Shown piece by piece: positions 25,501-38,639 of a stretch of 63,991 nucleotides of DNA. The translations under genes and the position numbers were made by a program. Source of the stretch: Pocillopora damicornis (taxonomy: Eukaryota); NCBI RefSeq assembly GCF_003704095.1, contig NW_020844672.1, positions 682,010 through 746,000 of the forward strand, read 5' to 3'. Positions within the stretch are counted from its first letter, which is position 1. Every line of letters starts with the position of its first letter. The notes beneath the pieces were generated by a model. It was not told where the DNA came from. It saw only the letters and a program-made list of their open reading frames with translations, and did no database searches.

Positions 25501-28500
25501 TGTTTTTTTTGGCTCTTGTCTAGCATTTCAGTAAAAATTATTTGAACCTTTAATGTATCAATGAAGTGTTTGAAACAAGCCTTATCTTGTCTACATTTGT
25601 ACACAGGAAGACACCATGGAGATAATAGAGAGTCTGCCGGAGATACGTAGCAGTATTGACCAGGTCAGTGCACAGTTCATAAGCATTTTATCTTCCATGT
25701 GCTGTTAACCACGACTGCCGTCCACCAATACATTCAAATTTTCCCATGAGAACATCCATACATATTGGTTTATTTTGTAGATACTGTTAGCTTTTAGTTG
25801 TCTATTATGAGAAACACTCATAAGCTAGTTTTAAGGTATTACACAGTTGGGTTGGTTGAGAAATATTATATATTTACGCAGCTTAAAAAATTTGGTACAA
25901 TAAAGAATAAGAAAGAAAATAATCAAACCAAAACATTGATGAAATTACAAGAAAAAAAAGAAAAATCGGGAGAATTTTTAGTCACAGTTCTCCAAGATTT
26001 TGATTTTAAGCATCCCCTCAATATCAGACTCTGAGAAGTAACTTTGTGAAGTAGAGGCACATCAATATCTATCATGCAAATGTTTGATTTGCTTTTTATT
26101 ACATTGTTGTTGTTTTAGATTCTAAATCAGGTGGGCAGTGTTTTGTCCAGTCAACATCTCGCACGATCCAAACCTGTGGACACGAAGAGTGTAGGACTGA
26201 ATCCCCCGGAACCGAAAACGCGGCAAGAATGGAGACCGAAGAGTTTTAAGGTGTGCATTTTTCTTTAACGACTATTCTTCGTAGGAGCAGCGAAAAGGAA
26301 CCTCTCAAAAGTATTCTTTGAAACCTCAGGGTAACAATTGTATCAGTATAGTGGTCACTATCACAACGAATGGATTATTATTCGTTTTATTTCAAATTTT
26401 CCTCCAAAAATACACCAAAAATTTGCGCGGCGGCCATTCTTAAAATTACGGCCTCTGCGATGCAATCGCCTCATGCGTGATGAGAGTGGAAAGATATAAC
26501 TGAGTTGGCAAGATGGGTCCACATTGCCCACTCGAAGAGCCAATCAGAACACAGAATTAGCTTAATCTCGTGTCGCTTCTTACGTAGCACTGTTTAAGAT
26601 ATATTTTTGTGGCTATTATTCCACCAAACCACTTGATAACAAGTAAAATATCGCTCAAAAATTTGAAAGCTTAACTGTTTTTAGGGATCCTCTGTTACTC
26701 CAAACGTTCCACCGTACACTCCGTGTATAGAGTGAGTGGCTCTGGTTTGTTGTTGAAACGACAGGTTGTGTTTTGCTAAGAATCTTACTTGTAATAATAC
26801 AGAAATAAGCTGGAACTTTGAATTGAGGTCATCGACGTAGTCAACTCAAACATTACTTCCTCCTTTCTCTTCTCGCCTCATCTTAAGCAGAAGGAAGATT
26901 TAGGAGATACATCAAGCATGGAATCCAATTACGTCAAGCTGCTGAAGGAGTACAACGATTTGGCCGAAGGTTACGAGCGTCTTCAACGACATCTGGATGA
27001 AGAAACCAAGTTTCACCAGGAACAAACCAGTCAGAATGTAGCAGTCATGACAGACATGCAGGACACGATCACGCAGCTGAGGAATCAGCTGGCAGAACTG
27101 AGGAGCATACGGTCCGCTTCATCGGGGGTGCGTCACGTCCTAGTAATTTAACATCATCTTGGAAAGTTAGTTAGAACGTAAAGAAGTTAAGAAAGTGGGA
27201 GCCTCTCAAGAAAAGAAAAAGTCTGAGTCTCCTTTGAAGTGACACGTTTATCGCCTTTATGATTAAAAGGGTTAACATTGTTTTGATAAATGTTGCTTAA
27301 ATCTTTCTTGCTTTATGTTTTGACCGATCACACATTTACTATCACTAGGGAATGTTGTAGTCATGGCTATTACCTGTATATGCCATGCCTCTAGCCGACA
27401 AGAGCTACTCTTGATTGTGTACTCAAACTCCAAAGTAACCAGGGATAGGTCGTTATATAAATTAATCTTTCGATTGTCTTTGTTGTTGCAGCGCGCAAGT
27501 TCTTCCATTATGTTCACACGACTCGATGCAGAAAGAAACGGGAAGATCCTCAAGCGAGCTGTCAACGAGAGGCGACTGTCCGACAGCAGTTTCTCTGTGA
27601 TCATGGAACGCATGGATAATTATGTTAGTTTACCGGCCAAGAGATTAGCGCATATTGTCAGGCGATATAGTCACCACCGAGCTATGAAAAACATTGGTAG
27701 GTTTGCAGTATTTTCCCTAGGTTAATAGACTCTTTTTCAAAACAGACGAAATGGCGGACAGAACCTCTCTATATCTGTGGCACCGGAAGAATGGTGTCGA
27801 GAAAGGTCAGGACAGCGCGACCGGATTTCAATCCAGATGACGCACTAGACGATTCAGGGTATCGCAGCACATTAAGTAGAACCCCAGAAAGGGAAAGTGA
27901 ATCTCGATTAGTTTTGAATCGCCAAGAGCAGTGTTAACTGGACGCCTTGTTACTTCTGAACTTTATATTTCTATACTTCACCTGTGCGCTGGGATAATTC
28001 TGGCTTTACTTCCCGTTTTAACTCTCTACTTCCTACATCGGCATTCGTTTGGTGAACCCCTTCTCAACAACAAAATTCGAAAAAATCGGTTCTGCTGATA
28101 ACAAAGGTTTTCAATAATTGCAGAATGTCGTAAGCCTATAATTTTGGCCCATGTTTTTCGTCTAGACATTTAAGTGAGTAGCTGTGGTAAACTGATGCCT
28201 TAACTGACCTCGAATGTCGTTTTTTTAGAGCAAAGTTTACAACGAAGTGGTAGTCTTGACGAAAGCGTGTTTTCAACCCTGGATAAAATGGAAGCTTTAC
28301 AAAACACACGCGCTCAGCGATGGGGCAACCAAATGGACAAGTATGCGTTCGAGCGTGAGCAACTTGCACAGCAGTTAACGTCCTGTTTTGAAAACCTGGA
28401 GCAAGAGACAGGGATCTTTCTTATAAAACCTGTTTATTCTCTAAAAGGAAGGTGAGAGAATAAATATAGACAACTAAATTACAGAAAAAAATTGCAATGA

Positions 28501-30580
28501 ATCGTTTAATAAGTGGATGATTAGCGACGTATTGATTTTATAAGGTAAAATACAGTTGCAGAGAAAGTGCCCTAAAAAAGAAATCAGGCCTCAAGAGGGA
28601 TTGAACTGGTGCTTTCCAGACATCATTTGGGCTCCACTGCCAACACGCCTTTACCAGAAGTTTAAACACTTTCACTTTCACAAGCTTTTGTTATTATGGA
28701 AATGGCCGTGAAGCCACATACTGGAAGACAGGCAAATTGTTCCGTTTTCGACCGTATATTAAAGTCAAATACTTTTTCTCAACAGATCTGAAGTGAATGG
28801 TGGGCATGTTATTGCCCAGAGAAACAAACCCTCCCCGGTACCACCTAAGCCTAGTGGTCCAGCAACCCCTGCACCAACTCCATGGCAAAATTATGGGTCC
28901 AAGGCACCAATATCGGCAGGGCTCTACCGTGACCTGACACAAAGCTCCCTCGCCAGAGCTGCTTCCTCAATTCCTGCCGTGGCTCAGTTAGAAGATGGGA
29001 CAATTAGGATGAGAGTCACACAGCCCATGGACAAAGAGGGCCTGTTAAGCTCTTCCGCTGGTGTAACATGGCAGGCGTCCAAGTCCCAAGTGTTGGGTTC
29101 TCCTTCAGCTGCTGTGCAAATTAACACGTCTAGAATTCTAGAGCTTGATGTTAATCGAATGATGATAGGACAGACAGATGTGAGGTATGTTATAAACGAT
29201 CTCTGGAACTACTCTAGGACAAGCGTCTTATTGAACTCATTATTTGACACATCTTTATCCCCAGTGGTCAACTGTCCAACAGCTTGATTCTTGACAGGTT
29301 TCATCTTATGGGAATTATGAGAATAACCTCTTCCCTTTGTAGAAGAATTAGATAACTTTCACTGACTTGAAGAGATCATATCAATAGAAGCAAGAACATT
29401 CCATTTACGTTGTCAGTTCCAGACCCTAACCTGATTTGCTCTAAATATTTGCAGTTCATATGGTGTTGGTTTACTCCCGTTTATAGAATTTTAGTGCCTT
29501 TAAAAGAGCGGTATACGTTTGGAACGATTTTAGAATACATTGTTCTCTTAATATGACGTATTGAGTATCGTTTTTTTTTAATTTTTCACCACAGTAAGCA
29601 CATTTACCCTCCCGATGACTCTGGTGAAATGACAGGCTCCGCTGTTAGAAGTTATGTTACAGTGGAGCGACCATCAGGCGGTAAACAAATCCGAAAAGCC
29701 AAGCAAGCTAACCTAGGTGAGCCAATCAGTTAATAGACGGAAGTCAGTCAGTAACTGACCGTGTTCTATTAATGGGATATGTAGTGTTTCCGTTGACTGA
29801 AAGAATAAAAGAGTTATGAACTCTCGTGGTATATCCAGTCTTCTCTCTGAAGTGTCCTTCCCAGATATATAAATTTACGTACACAGGGTTCGCAAAGAGT
29901 CATGAATTCGTGGAAAAGTATGGAAATTTGCAATTTGATTACGTGAGAAAGGAATAATTGGGAAAACTTATTGAGTCTCTCCCATAAAGTGCTTAATTAC
30001 TGGGTGAAATATTTGTATGGTGTCAAAAGTTAAGCTCGTGTAGATTACTCAGGCCAAAGTGCACAGAGGGGGAATTTTCATTTTGGGAAAAAGCTCACAA
30101 CCAGCTATTTGCCTTACCAGTGTGATTTGACCGATAACCTTGAGTGCGGCGCTTGGAGTAATGACAAGGAAATACTTTGAAAAGGAGCAATTGCCAAAAG
30201 TAGAATTTCATTGCTGGAGAACTGTTGAAGTCCTATTGGTTAACCTATCAACTGTAATGACACACTTTCTGTTTATTCTTTCAGCATTGCAGAGTTATTC
30301 TCCACCCAATAGTGCTCCAGATAGCAAGCCTCAGGGCCGTCCTCAGAGTGGTCCTCAGTTGACACATTACTCTCCTCTCCCTCCCATACACATGCCTAAG
30401 TTACGCCAGGAGTCTCGGTCAGGCAAGTCACTTGAGAGTGAGGCTGTAACCCATTCAGATGCTGGGACTCCTGTGGCAGGGACCAAGTTTGAAGGCACCA
30501 GGCCCAGTACAGGTGGAGCCCATAATGGACAAGACAATCATATAGGACTTATCTCTCCTGAGATTTTACCTGTTAGATAG
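10542..30580 (+). CDS. Multi-exon (~32 exons, ~1,400 aa) coiled-coil protein with Ser-rich linkers and a FAM186A/B-like C-terminal domain
   Basis: Phase-consistent GT-AG exon chain traced by eye (approximate): 10542-10682, 10773-10895, 11833-11877, 12894-12914, 13290-13375, 13904-14005, 15927-16011, 16537-16609, 16741-16768, 16915-16989, 17364-17456, 17951-18017, 18260-18381, 18842-19036, 19646-19984, 20542-20696, 21114-21167, 21297-21350, 21613-21675, 22136-22153, 23279-23308, 24007-24216, 24542-24742, 25094-25342, 25607-25663, 26120-26250, 26891-27127, 27492-27697, 28229-28451, 28786-29184, 29594-29680, 30285-30580. The segment LDAERNGKILKRA...RLAHIVRRY...QRW...FENLEQETGIFLIKP resembles the FAM186 C-terminal domain from memory. 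The family assignment is less certain than the gene itself. Confidence 0.85.
21360..21541. mobile_element. Intronic TTAA/CCCT-ended (piggyBac-type) MITE
   Basis: Begins TAACCCTTTACCCC and ends AGGGTTAA. The internal AGGAGAATT motif is shared with the MITE at 43577-43788. Confidence 0.6.
22645..23118. mobile_element. Intronic interspersed repeat containing the perfect 24-bp palindrome GGGCAAGATGGGCCCATCTTGCCC
   Basis: Palindrome at 22715-22738. A shorter reverse-complement copy of the same family lies at ~26500-26560. Confidence 0.6.
24034..24213 (+). repeat. Coding 42-nt/14-aa tandem repeat, 4+ units (xxxE[E/Q][Q/E]TMTSxSL)
   Basis: DKHEEQTMTGLSLY / DRREEETMTSNSIF / DKQEQETMTSKSLA / NMREEQTMTSMSLG / TDQEQ, all within exon 24007-24216. 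Confidence 0.9.
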
Positions 30581-32619
30581 CGAAGTTTGAACCTCGATTG
30601 TTTCTGAATATTTAAATAGTAAGAAAGAGATGTAGCATGACTCTCAGAAGAAATTTACTTTATCGTCAGAGTTTAGTTATCTAAATATTATAAGATTTCT
30701 TGCGATTTTATTTTTCGCCTTGGAAAGCGGAAAGGAATAAGAATTGGGCCATATTTGCCCACCGTTAAATAGGAGTGGTATGTAAGACACCATTTTACGG
30801 AATATTAATCTCTACCATTTTGAAGTATGTGTAAAAATCTACTTCTCACCGTGGTTTGAGATTTCAAAGAGTTACATGTCCTCTTGGAAGTTGTCCTAAA
30901 AACTGACAAGAATTGCTATTGCGGACAAACAGAACTCATTAACCTGGCAGCACACTTACAAAGTCGCAGACTTCAACTCAGATTGAGGGTACTACAACGC
31001 ACGGTTCACAAACAGCCGTTGCCTTGGTAGTCGCAAAAACTCCTTGTTTGAGCCAACAATGCCTTTTTTTTGTAACTATTAATAGTTAAAAAAGATGGCA
31101 AGGAAGAAAAGACTTTAGAGAAAAGCGGCAGGTTGCTGAGAAAGATTTCTAATAAGGGCGTCTGAAGCGAATTTTCGACTCTTTCGAAGGCAAATATCAT
31201 AGTGTTAGGAGGGTCTTAAAGAGGTGAAAACGCGCTCAGTGTCGAAATTGTATATACAAAGGTTTCAAGGGAGTGAGTGTGTAAAATTATTAAGTTTAAA
31301 GGGATCTTTGCTATGGAATACTTTTTGACACTTGTGTGTAGAAAGAGGAACGAAACTGTTCAGGCAGTAGCTTATATCACTCTACTGGATCAAATCTTCT
31401 GGAGACTGTAAATATAACAGTAAAAGATAACATAGAAGACTATTAAATAGGAAAAATATCATTGTAATTGATGCTGATGTTATTGTGATAAGCCTTCTAA
31501 TCCAATGTACTGAAGATATATATGGCTACCACTTACACCAGTTTAGGCAAAATAACCTTAACGGTCACAGTGCAAGAATTGCACCCGCCATCAAATCTGA
31601 GGAGTAATAAGTGATAAGTATAACCATTACTGTGCAGGTCTGAGTGTGCTTCGAAGAATCACGATTGAAGCCCTTTTTTGAACTCACTTAGTGTTACCTT
31701 GGTTGTAAATCGAACCACTACACAGAAAAACTGAAAGGTGTTATTGAAAAGTGTACTTACAAACAGCAACTTGATAAATGATAAGAATTAAATGATACAT
31801 AGGTTTAAAATATAAACAAGCAAATTTGGCCTGCGACGGAAGAATGTTAAGAGACGATTAAAGGATGAGATACCAAAACAAGATCGCTAACACTGTGGCA
31901 ATGACATTAATTACACGAGGTGTAGATATTGAACCCCAGATTAATCGCTATTTTTGCTCTGATTCAGCGCTTCAAATCAACCTCAACACGGGTAAATAAC
32001 CTTCCGGCTGTATGGCGCTCAGACTACGTGACAGTCATTGCGCAAGATGCAGTTTCTACGAGACCCAGGTGAAGGGTTGTACATATAATTGAAACGAGAA
32101 AAAAAGCCAGTCTCCTCCAGTGAAATCTGTTTGAGCATTATCGTGGAGTTATTTGCACTGCGCAGTCTAATGAGAAGAAAAGGAAGAAGAAATTACAACA
32201 GCCCGGATCGATAGAAGGTGATAAAAGCGTTTGTCCAGCTGCGGTCTTCAACAAAAGGATCTATTTCGTCTAAATTTTTTGTTCAATTCTGACACGCTCT
32301 GAGTCCGGCATTGATGTCATCGGATTTCCTCATTTCGAAATTCAATAAATACATATATAGTCACTTTTCATTTTTTAATCGCTTATAAAAGGACTAATGT
32401 ATCTCTGACTGTGTCTGATTCATCAGTTTATATTGAAGCTAGCGCCAGTTGGAATAACTTTTCAAATTACCCAATTGCAGGGGACAACTATAAAATTACG
32501 ACACGGGTCGCAACTGAACCGCAATGGAAATTCGCACCGAACTGATAATTCTCTCACTTTGCTTCGCGTGGTTTAAAGGTTTTCTATGTAAGTGTTGTTG
32601 TGTATCAATTCAAATACAG

Positions 32620-35129
32620 GTCATTGCATGAGACAGTGGGGGCAACTACAGCGTAGATGCTATCGAGCGGAAAACGTTTTTTTGATCTTGAATGACATGG
32701 GAGATACGAAGAAGCACTGCCCGTCCAATACATAATTTCCTACTTTCAGAGTACGACGTGGGACAGATGCTAATGTGTTAATCAGAATCATTGGCACAAA
32801 GAGGTCGACCGCTGAAAAGAAGCTGGTGGGCCCAAGAGATCCTTTTGAGAAAGGAAGGTAGGATTTAACTATTACCTAAACAGGAGCCGGAGTCAAATAT
32901 CCAACCTGAAAAAAGTGTAGAATATTGCTTGAGAAATATACTTTGCTGTCCTCATTTAGTTTTAAGCTGACTTACATCAGTTTTTTTTCTACAACAATTG
33001 AAATGTGTGGATAAAAAAAGGAATTAAAATAAAAAATCTATTTAGTTATGTGGTAAGAAATTGAAGGCTTTCGATCGAGAGAGGAAATGTTCCCCTTGAA
33101 CAAACAGAAGAACGTTATTGACATAATGAAGGTTTTCGTATAAATTCTAAGGTAGATTGATGAAGATATAATCTACGTCACAGAATATTTATTTCACCCA
33201 TACTCTTGGATTTCCAGAACTGACCAATTCTCTGTACCGAACGTTGCTGATATAGGAGATATCACCGCCATAGCTCTGAAAAGAGATGAAGACGGCTGGT
33301 TCCCAGAGTGGCAGCTTGATCGCGTAAGTGAATAGTACATTAATCTCTTTCTCAAGGGGAATGCTAACAAAAACGAAGAAATTCGCTGTCAAATGTTGTC
33401 CGACTCCCCGTCAAGACTAAATAGGAAAAGTAGATACTAATCAATTTTATCATATCATGTTTATCTGGACTTCCATTCATGGGAGCAGATATTATTCAAT
33501 AGTCTATTAAATAGAGGTTTGCTTTTGGAGAGAGATGATGCAACAATTTCAAGGGGGCTAAACGAGAACCTCCAATAGAGGTCTCGCACTAACGTTTTAC
33601 TGATCTTTGAAGACACGTTGGGTCATTCTGTTGTCTAAGAAAAAGTAGGTTTAGACGGGTGAAGGGTGGTGAATATTTTCCAATACTTCCCTTCGCCATG
33701 TCAATTAGTTCTTTATGTGCGCATAGCTTTACCACTCCTAAATGGGTCATTTTGAGGGAAATTTAGCGAGACCCTTAAACTTTTTTTTTTAATACTCTCG
33801 TTGCTATGATATAGCAATTACAACTTGAAAAATGATGAACTATGCAAACTCCCCTCTCCCCCCTCCCACCACAATAGCACAAGTGGAAACAGAGGTATTG
33901 TGAGAATTAATATCACTGACACAATTTACTGAAGTCGTCATCAGGAACTTTCTCGAGATGGCTGTACATCTTAGGTTTTAGACAAATTATAAACTTTCGT
34001 AGGTCCATTAGCACATTAGATCCCTAGATAAAGAACCCCGCAAGCTTTACAGCTTTTAATAACTATCGTTTTAAAGTCGAGGATTTGATTGATTGGAACT
34101 CGTTCCCACTCTCTGACATCACTTCTACTCGTACTTTAGGGGGAGCGTAAAATACAATTTTTCTTGCTTTAATTCATAAACTTTTGGTAATTCCGAAGAG
34201 TATTTATATCATAGACTTAAAAAATATTCATTTCATTTATATTTAAAGACTTTTCCTCTGTAGACGTAAATAGGGTACTGTGTGGGTAAAATTGGCCTTT
34301 CATAGCCAGACCTTAGGAAACTCATTGCCTTTCATTTGTGTTACTGATTCTTGTAAAAGGAAGCGAATTCTCAGAAGTGGCTGCGGTTCGACCACAATGA
34401 CTGGACAGAAACTAACAAGTGGTTTAAAATCCAAGGTATATATTTTTCCTTGGACATTACCAGTTCCTCGAAGCGAACAATTTGCCTCGAGCTTCGCTCT
34501 CGGAAAATTGTTCGCTTCCCGGAACAGATAATGTCCAAGGACAAATATTCGAGTATATATATTTTTTCGCGCCAATGGAGGCTATTGTCTATTTATTAGC
34601 GGTACACATAGATCTCATTGCCTCAGCGGGTAAAGTATGGTTCCCCCTAACTAATATATCCTTTGTTATTTATAAAAGACTCAAACTGGATTTTTTTTTA
34701 TACTTTCTTTGGTATTTCTCCAGTTACCTGTGAACCAGGTTTCCGAAAGAATAAAACCAGTGGAGTTTGTTTTGGACGGGAGTTGACACTTATCAAAACA
34801 TTACAGCTATAATTTACACTCGCAAACTATATCGATAATTCAGCAACTTGAGAAAGGGTTTACTGCAAGATTTAGAAAGAGCCTCTTTTGGTCCTTTTTT
34901 TTTTTTTTAGCAATCTGTGGATCACGTCCCGTAACACGAACCTCCGGTGGTTCCGAGGCACCTCAAGGAACCTGGCCGTGGCAAGCCATGCTGAAGTTCA
35001 CAGTTTATGACCGTACAACGTTCTGTGGAGGTTCCCTTATATTGCTTCGATGAGTTCTTACCACAGCTTACTGTATTTATGGGAAGAAGACGTCAAACAT
35101 CTTTGGCATCAGATGTACTCTAACATTAG
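32620..35129 (+). pseudogene. Decayed multi-exon gene: PLAT/LH2 domain + EGF-like fragment + S1 trypsin-like protease N-terminus
   Basis: PLAT motifs: 32760-32857 GTDANVLIRIIGTKRSTAEKKLVGPRDPFEKG and 33218-33323 TDQFSVPNVADIGDITAIALKRDEDGWFPEWQLDR. EGF-like fragment at ~34725: TCEPGFRKNKTSGVC. Protease exon 34911-35129: ICGSRPVTRTSGGSEAPQGTWPWQAMLK...FCGGSLILLR*VLTTAYC. Here IVGG has become TSGG, W has become TGA at 35051 and AAHC has become TAYC. No downstream Asp/Ser protease exons were seen. Confidence 0.8.
34447..34541. mobile_element. Palindromic interspersed repeat (TCCTTGGACATTA...TAATGTCCAAGGA)
   Basis: ~95-bp imperfect inverted repeat inside the PLAT-protease pseudogene. Confidence 0.6.
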
Positions 35130-35780
35130 GTACTTAAGAGAATGCGTTGATGAAACAATAGCGGAGAATCAATATGCATATTTGAAGAATAAATTGCAGG
35201 CCGTGTTACACAAAGATACGATACCACCTGTAAATAACCACATAGCAGACATCAGATAACTTATGGGAACATCTTAATAACACTGAAACTAGAATGGGCT
35301 CTAACGGTTATACATTATACAATTCTGCACCAATTCGAGGTATTGTGTGTCATTCAATTGAAAAGGTGACTTTATTTAAAGTTTTGGTTTCAGTTAAATA
35401 ATATCGACATGTTGAAGTGATCGTTCAACCAGGCAATGCAGAATGAAAACATAACCGCAAGGTAACACACAAACCTGTTGCATGACACCCCCAAGTGTCA
35501 GTATGACATATATATATCCACAGGTAATAAGAATAAGATAATAGCAATCTTTGAAAAGATGAACAATGTACTACCACAGATTAATGGTAACAGAAAACGC
35601 ATGATTAATATCACTTACATAATGAAACAGATATAAAATGAAATCCAAATTAATACAGATTACATAAAAATAACCAAATCAAAGAAAAACCCTTGAATAT
35701 TATCACAACTACTGGAACAATATATTGAAACTAGATAGAAATAGTAGAGACGGTAAGTTTTAAGCTCGGTAAAGAATTAA

Positions 35781-35857
35781 TCTGAGTCCCCATGAGGAAT
35801 CTAACCTCAGACCTTCGGATTTGCGCTCCGATGCTCTACCACTGAGCCACAGAGACT
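35781..35857 (-). mobile_element. tRNA-derived SINE head
   Basis: The minus strand reads AGTCTCTGTGGCTCAGTGGTAGAGCATCGGAGCGCAAATCCGAAGGTCTGAGGTTAGATTCCTCATGGGGACT. The Pol III A box and a mutated B box (GGTTAGATTCC) are present in a cloverleaf-like layout. Confidence 0.75.
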
Positions 35858-35899
35858 GGAAGACTGGAATTCAAATCACTAAGCAATGATTATGAAATA

Positions 35900-36314
35900 A
35901 CAATTGAGCGAGTAAAGATGAAAATAGATTACGAGAAATTTATTATAGAGAATGATTATTTATTTTCAAATCAAAGGAGTCTTTGATGGTGCATTTGAGG
36001 TACATTCATAATATTATTGAATAATAAATAATTATATATAGTTTATATTATTGAAACCAATCTGCAAAGGGACATTATTTTATCTTTTAGTACAGACGAT
36101 TTAAAACAGAATATGAAAATAGCTTAAACGGTAGACAAAATAGAACAGTAAAGCTCTCAAGAGATTCACCGAATCATTTGAAATTATTATTAGGAATTGC
36201 AATGATGCTTTGAAGCAAATAAACGAAATCAGATTAGCACTAAAACATAAGACTACAAATTAACTGGCAGAATTGAAAGGATTGAAATTTGTAGAAACTC
36301 TGGGTGTGACACTT
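35900..36314 (+). mobile_element. Degenerate Maverick/Polinton-like coding relic
   Basis: 36150-36314 translates as KALKRFTESFEIIIRNCNDALKQINEIRLALKHKTTN*LAELKGLKFVETLGVTL. This resembles the N-terminal region of Polinton-associated PolB-type ORFs (recalled, not searched). It is very AT-rich and has an in-frame stop. Confidence 0.4.
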
Positions 36315-36409
36315 GTTGTTTGCTATCTAAAGGATTTGGTTGAACTTTTAAATCTAGTGATAAACACTTTCTGAATATTGTTATTTATCATCTAACAAGA
36401 GGTTCCTCA

Positions 36410-37200
36410 AGCAAATCACAAGACAACTTCAGAGCAAAAGATCTGGAGTTTGTTCATCAGCAGACCAATCACAGTAAGAGACAACTTCAACTGTGAGTTT
36501 GAAAATGGCAGATCTTTTGTTTTGAAAAAATGTTAGGAGGTCCAGGTTGAGTTCATTTCACTCTAAAAGAAAATTAAAAAAAACAACATTGTGGGGATAT
36601 TAAGAGCAGAACTTAAAATACTAGGAGTTCTATGCTCTCATCTCAGTCCTTAACAGTTATAGAAAAGAAGCTGTTTCAATGATGCTGGGAGTTATGACAT
36701 GCTCTTAACATGCCTATTATACAGTCATATATTACCTTTGTTTCCAGACGTTCCAACTTTTGCTTCTTGGCTCTCAGCTCTTTCGCCTTTTCTGCAATTT
36801 TAAGATTTTCTGCAATAATTTTCTCAGACTGCCTGACTGCTTCTTCCCTTTTCTGCTTATGCACCGCCATAAAGGCACCCACTTGAAACCTCCTGTACTT
36901 CCTCATCCTTGGGCCACATTCTGCCATGGTTCTCTGTGGACATGGAAAGGACCTTAGATATTGAGGGCTTTGCCCATTTTGGTGTCTTCCTAAGTCTTTG
37001 AATAGATTGTTCAAGTGCGGTTTCGAATCAAGTCATAAAGCAGAACCAACATTTCCACACTTGCACTGACAATCTTTGTAGGGATTGTTTGAGAATTTCT
37101 GCTCACAAATTGTTGTTCTCAAAGGCACCTTCTTCTATTTCTTCACTCTTAATATCTAAATCTTTATTCTCCAACTCATCATCCTCCAGAACTTTTTCAC
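36410..37200 (-). pseudogene. Possible degenerate coding fragment (Lys/Glu-rich helix) of unknown origin
   Basis: ORF 36676-37014 contains HKQKREEAVRQSEKIIAENLKIAEKAKELRAKKQKLERLETK followed by a GTAAT donor near 36735. A candidate acceptor lies near 36565 and an acidic stretch at ~37100-37200. Stops and frameshifts flank it. Confidence 0.3.
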
Positions 37201-38639
37201 AACCCAAATGTGGTAAGAAAAAAAAAACCAGACGTGAGTGCGATCATGCAAATGTGCGATTCAGTTGTACAAAAACAATAACAATTTACTGTCAAGTGGA
37301 AAACTACAATAAGATTTATGAAGAAAAATAGCTGCGCAAAATTGTTTTTCAAAAAAACAAAAAACATACGACAAAACATTGACATTCTGTGAAAGCTACA
37401 AAAGCAAAACTATGAAATTCTGATGACAACAAAAGAAAATGAATGAAGGCAAAGAATACACCTGTAACAACTGGAAGTTAATATGTGAAAAGGCAGCCTT
37501 AATTATATGGCTAGGCTGTCCAAAAAAAAAAGTACTTACTGGCATTTGGTACCAAAACAAACAGCAGAAATTAATCTCTTCACCGACTTAGGTCGCACAG
37601 TGGGTCAAGCATTGACATGCTGGTAAACTAGATGCAATAAAAAGTAAGAGCGTATAAGTATCACAATTTGAAATTAATGACACAGGATGTTGTCGACACA
37701 GGATGTGTTGCAGTACCTGACTGAAATGTGGCACTGATTCAAATGTTGAATTTATGCTGTGTTGAAGTAACAGTAGACATTACTCTTTTATGAATTACAT
37801 GCAGCATGCAGCATACATAAATCCGACCTGTGCTGAACTTCTATTGAACTCAGCCAAATTAAACTAGGCCTTGTATAAGGACAAGTTACAACAGTTTGTA
37901 CACCAGCCACAATTGTTTACTACTGTTTATATATATTCATTTACGCTAAAAATAGTTCTTAAGCATAAAAAGCGTAAGGTCATATGATAAACAAAATCAA
38001 GTTAAACTGCAGAAACGTACTTGCTTACCAAGTTTGCACATTTCACATATTCATGCCATTCATTTTATTTTAGCTTACGCTTATTTATTTTATATTACTC
38101 GTAATCACGCACGAGAAAACTCGTGGTCGGTAAGCTGCCTGGCCTTCTCAGAACAGTTGATCTGTTTGGCAATACATGCAAAATTACACAGTCAAATTTC
38201 AGTGAGCCCTCAGGACGCACGCTTCTTTTTCAAAAATCCAAAAACATACGATCAACATTTGACCCACTGTTAGTGCTATGACAGTAAAATAAACACATTT
38301 TAACAGAAACAGGCGGAAATGAATGGAGGCAAAAAAAGACACCTTTTCGAATAAGAGGAATCGGGACAAAAAGCGGCTGAAAGAAAAAGCCGTGATGTCT
38401 AGAAAAACAAAGAAACCTACCCATGTTTGGTAGCAAACGAAAGGTCTTGGATCCCTCTTCCAAGATGGCTTCCCGGTATTTACCTTCCAACCTCAGAGGG
38501 CCCTCTGAGAAGGACTAAAAAACCGTCATTTGACGCGTTACAAATTCGTACCCAGTCTTTTACAAAAAGTGTCTGGTCCAATATGGCGACCAACCACGCG
38601 GATGGCGAGCGATTTTGAGTCATTCTGTGCCTACCATGA

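Noticed and set aside
35781-35857. tRNA gene
   Set aside because: The T-loop is mutated (GGTTAGA) and the anticodon arm is irregular. The context fits a tRNA-derived SINE.
38230-38620. Possible promoter or first exon with AAGATGGC/ATATGGCG (YY1-like) motifs
   Set aside because: No downstream exon chain could be linked with confidence.
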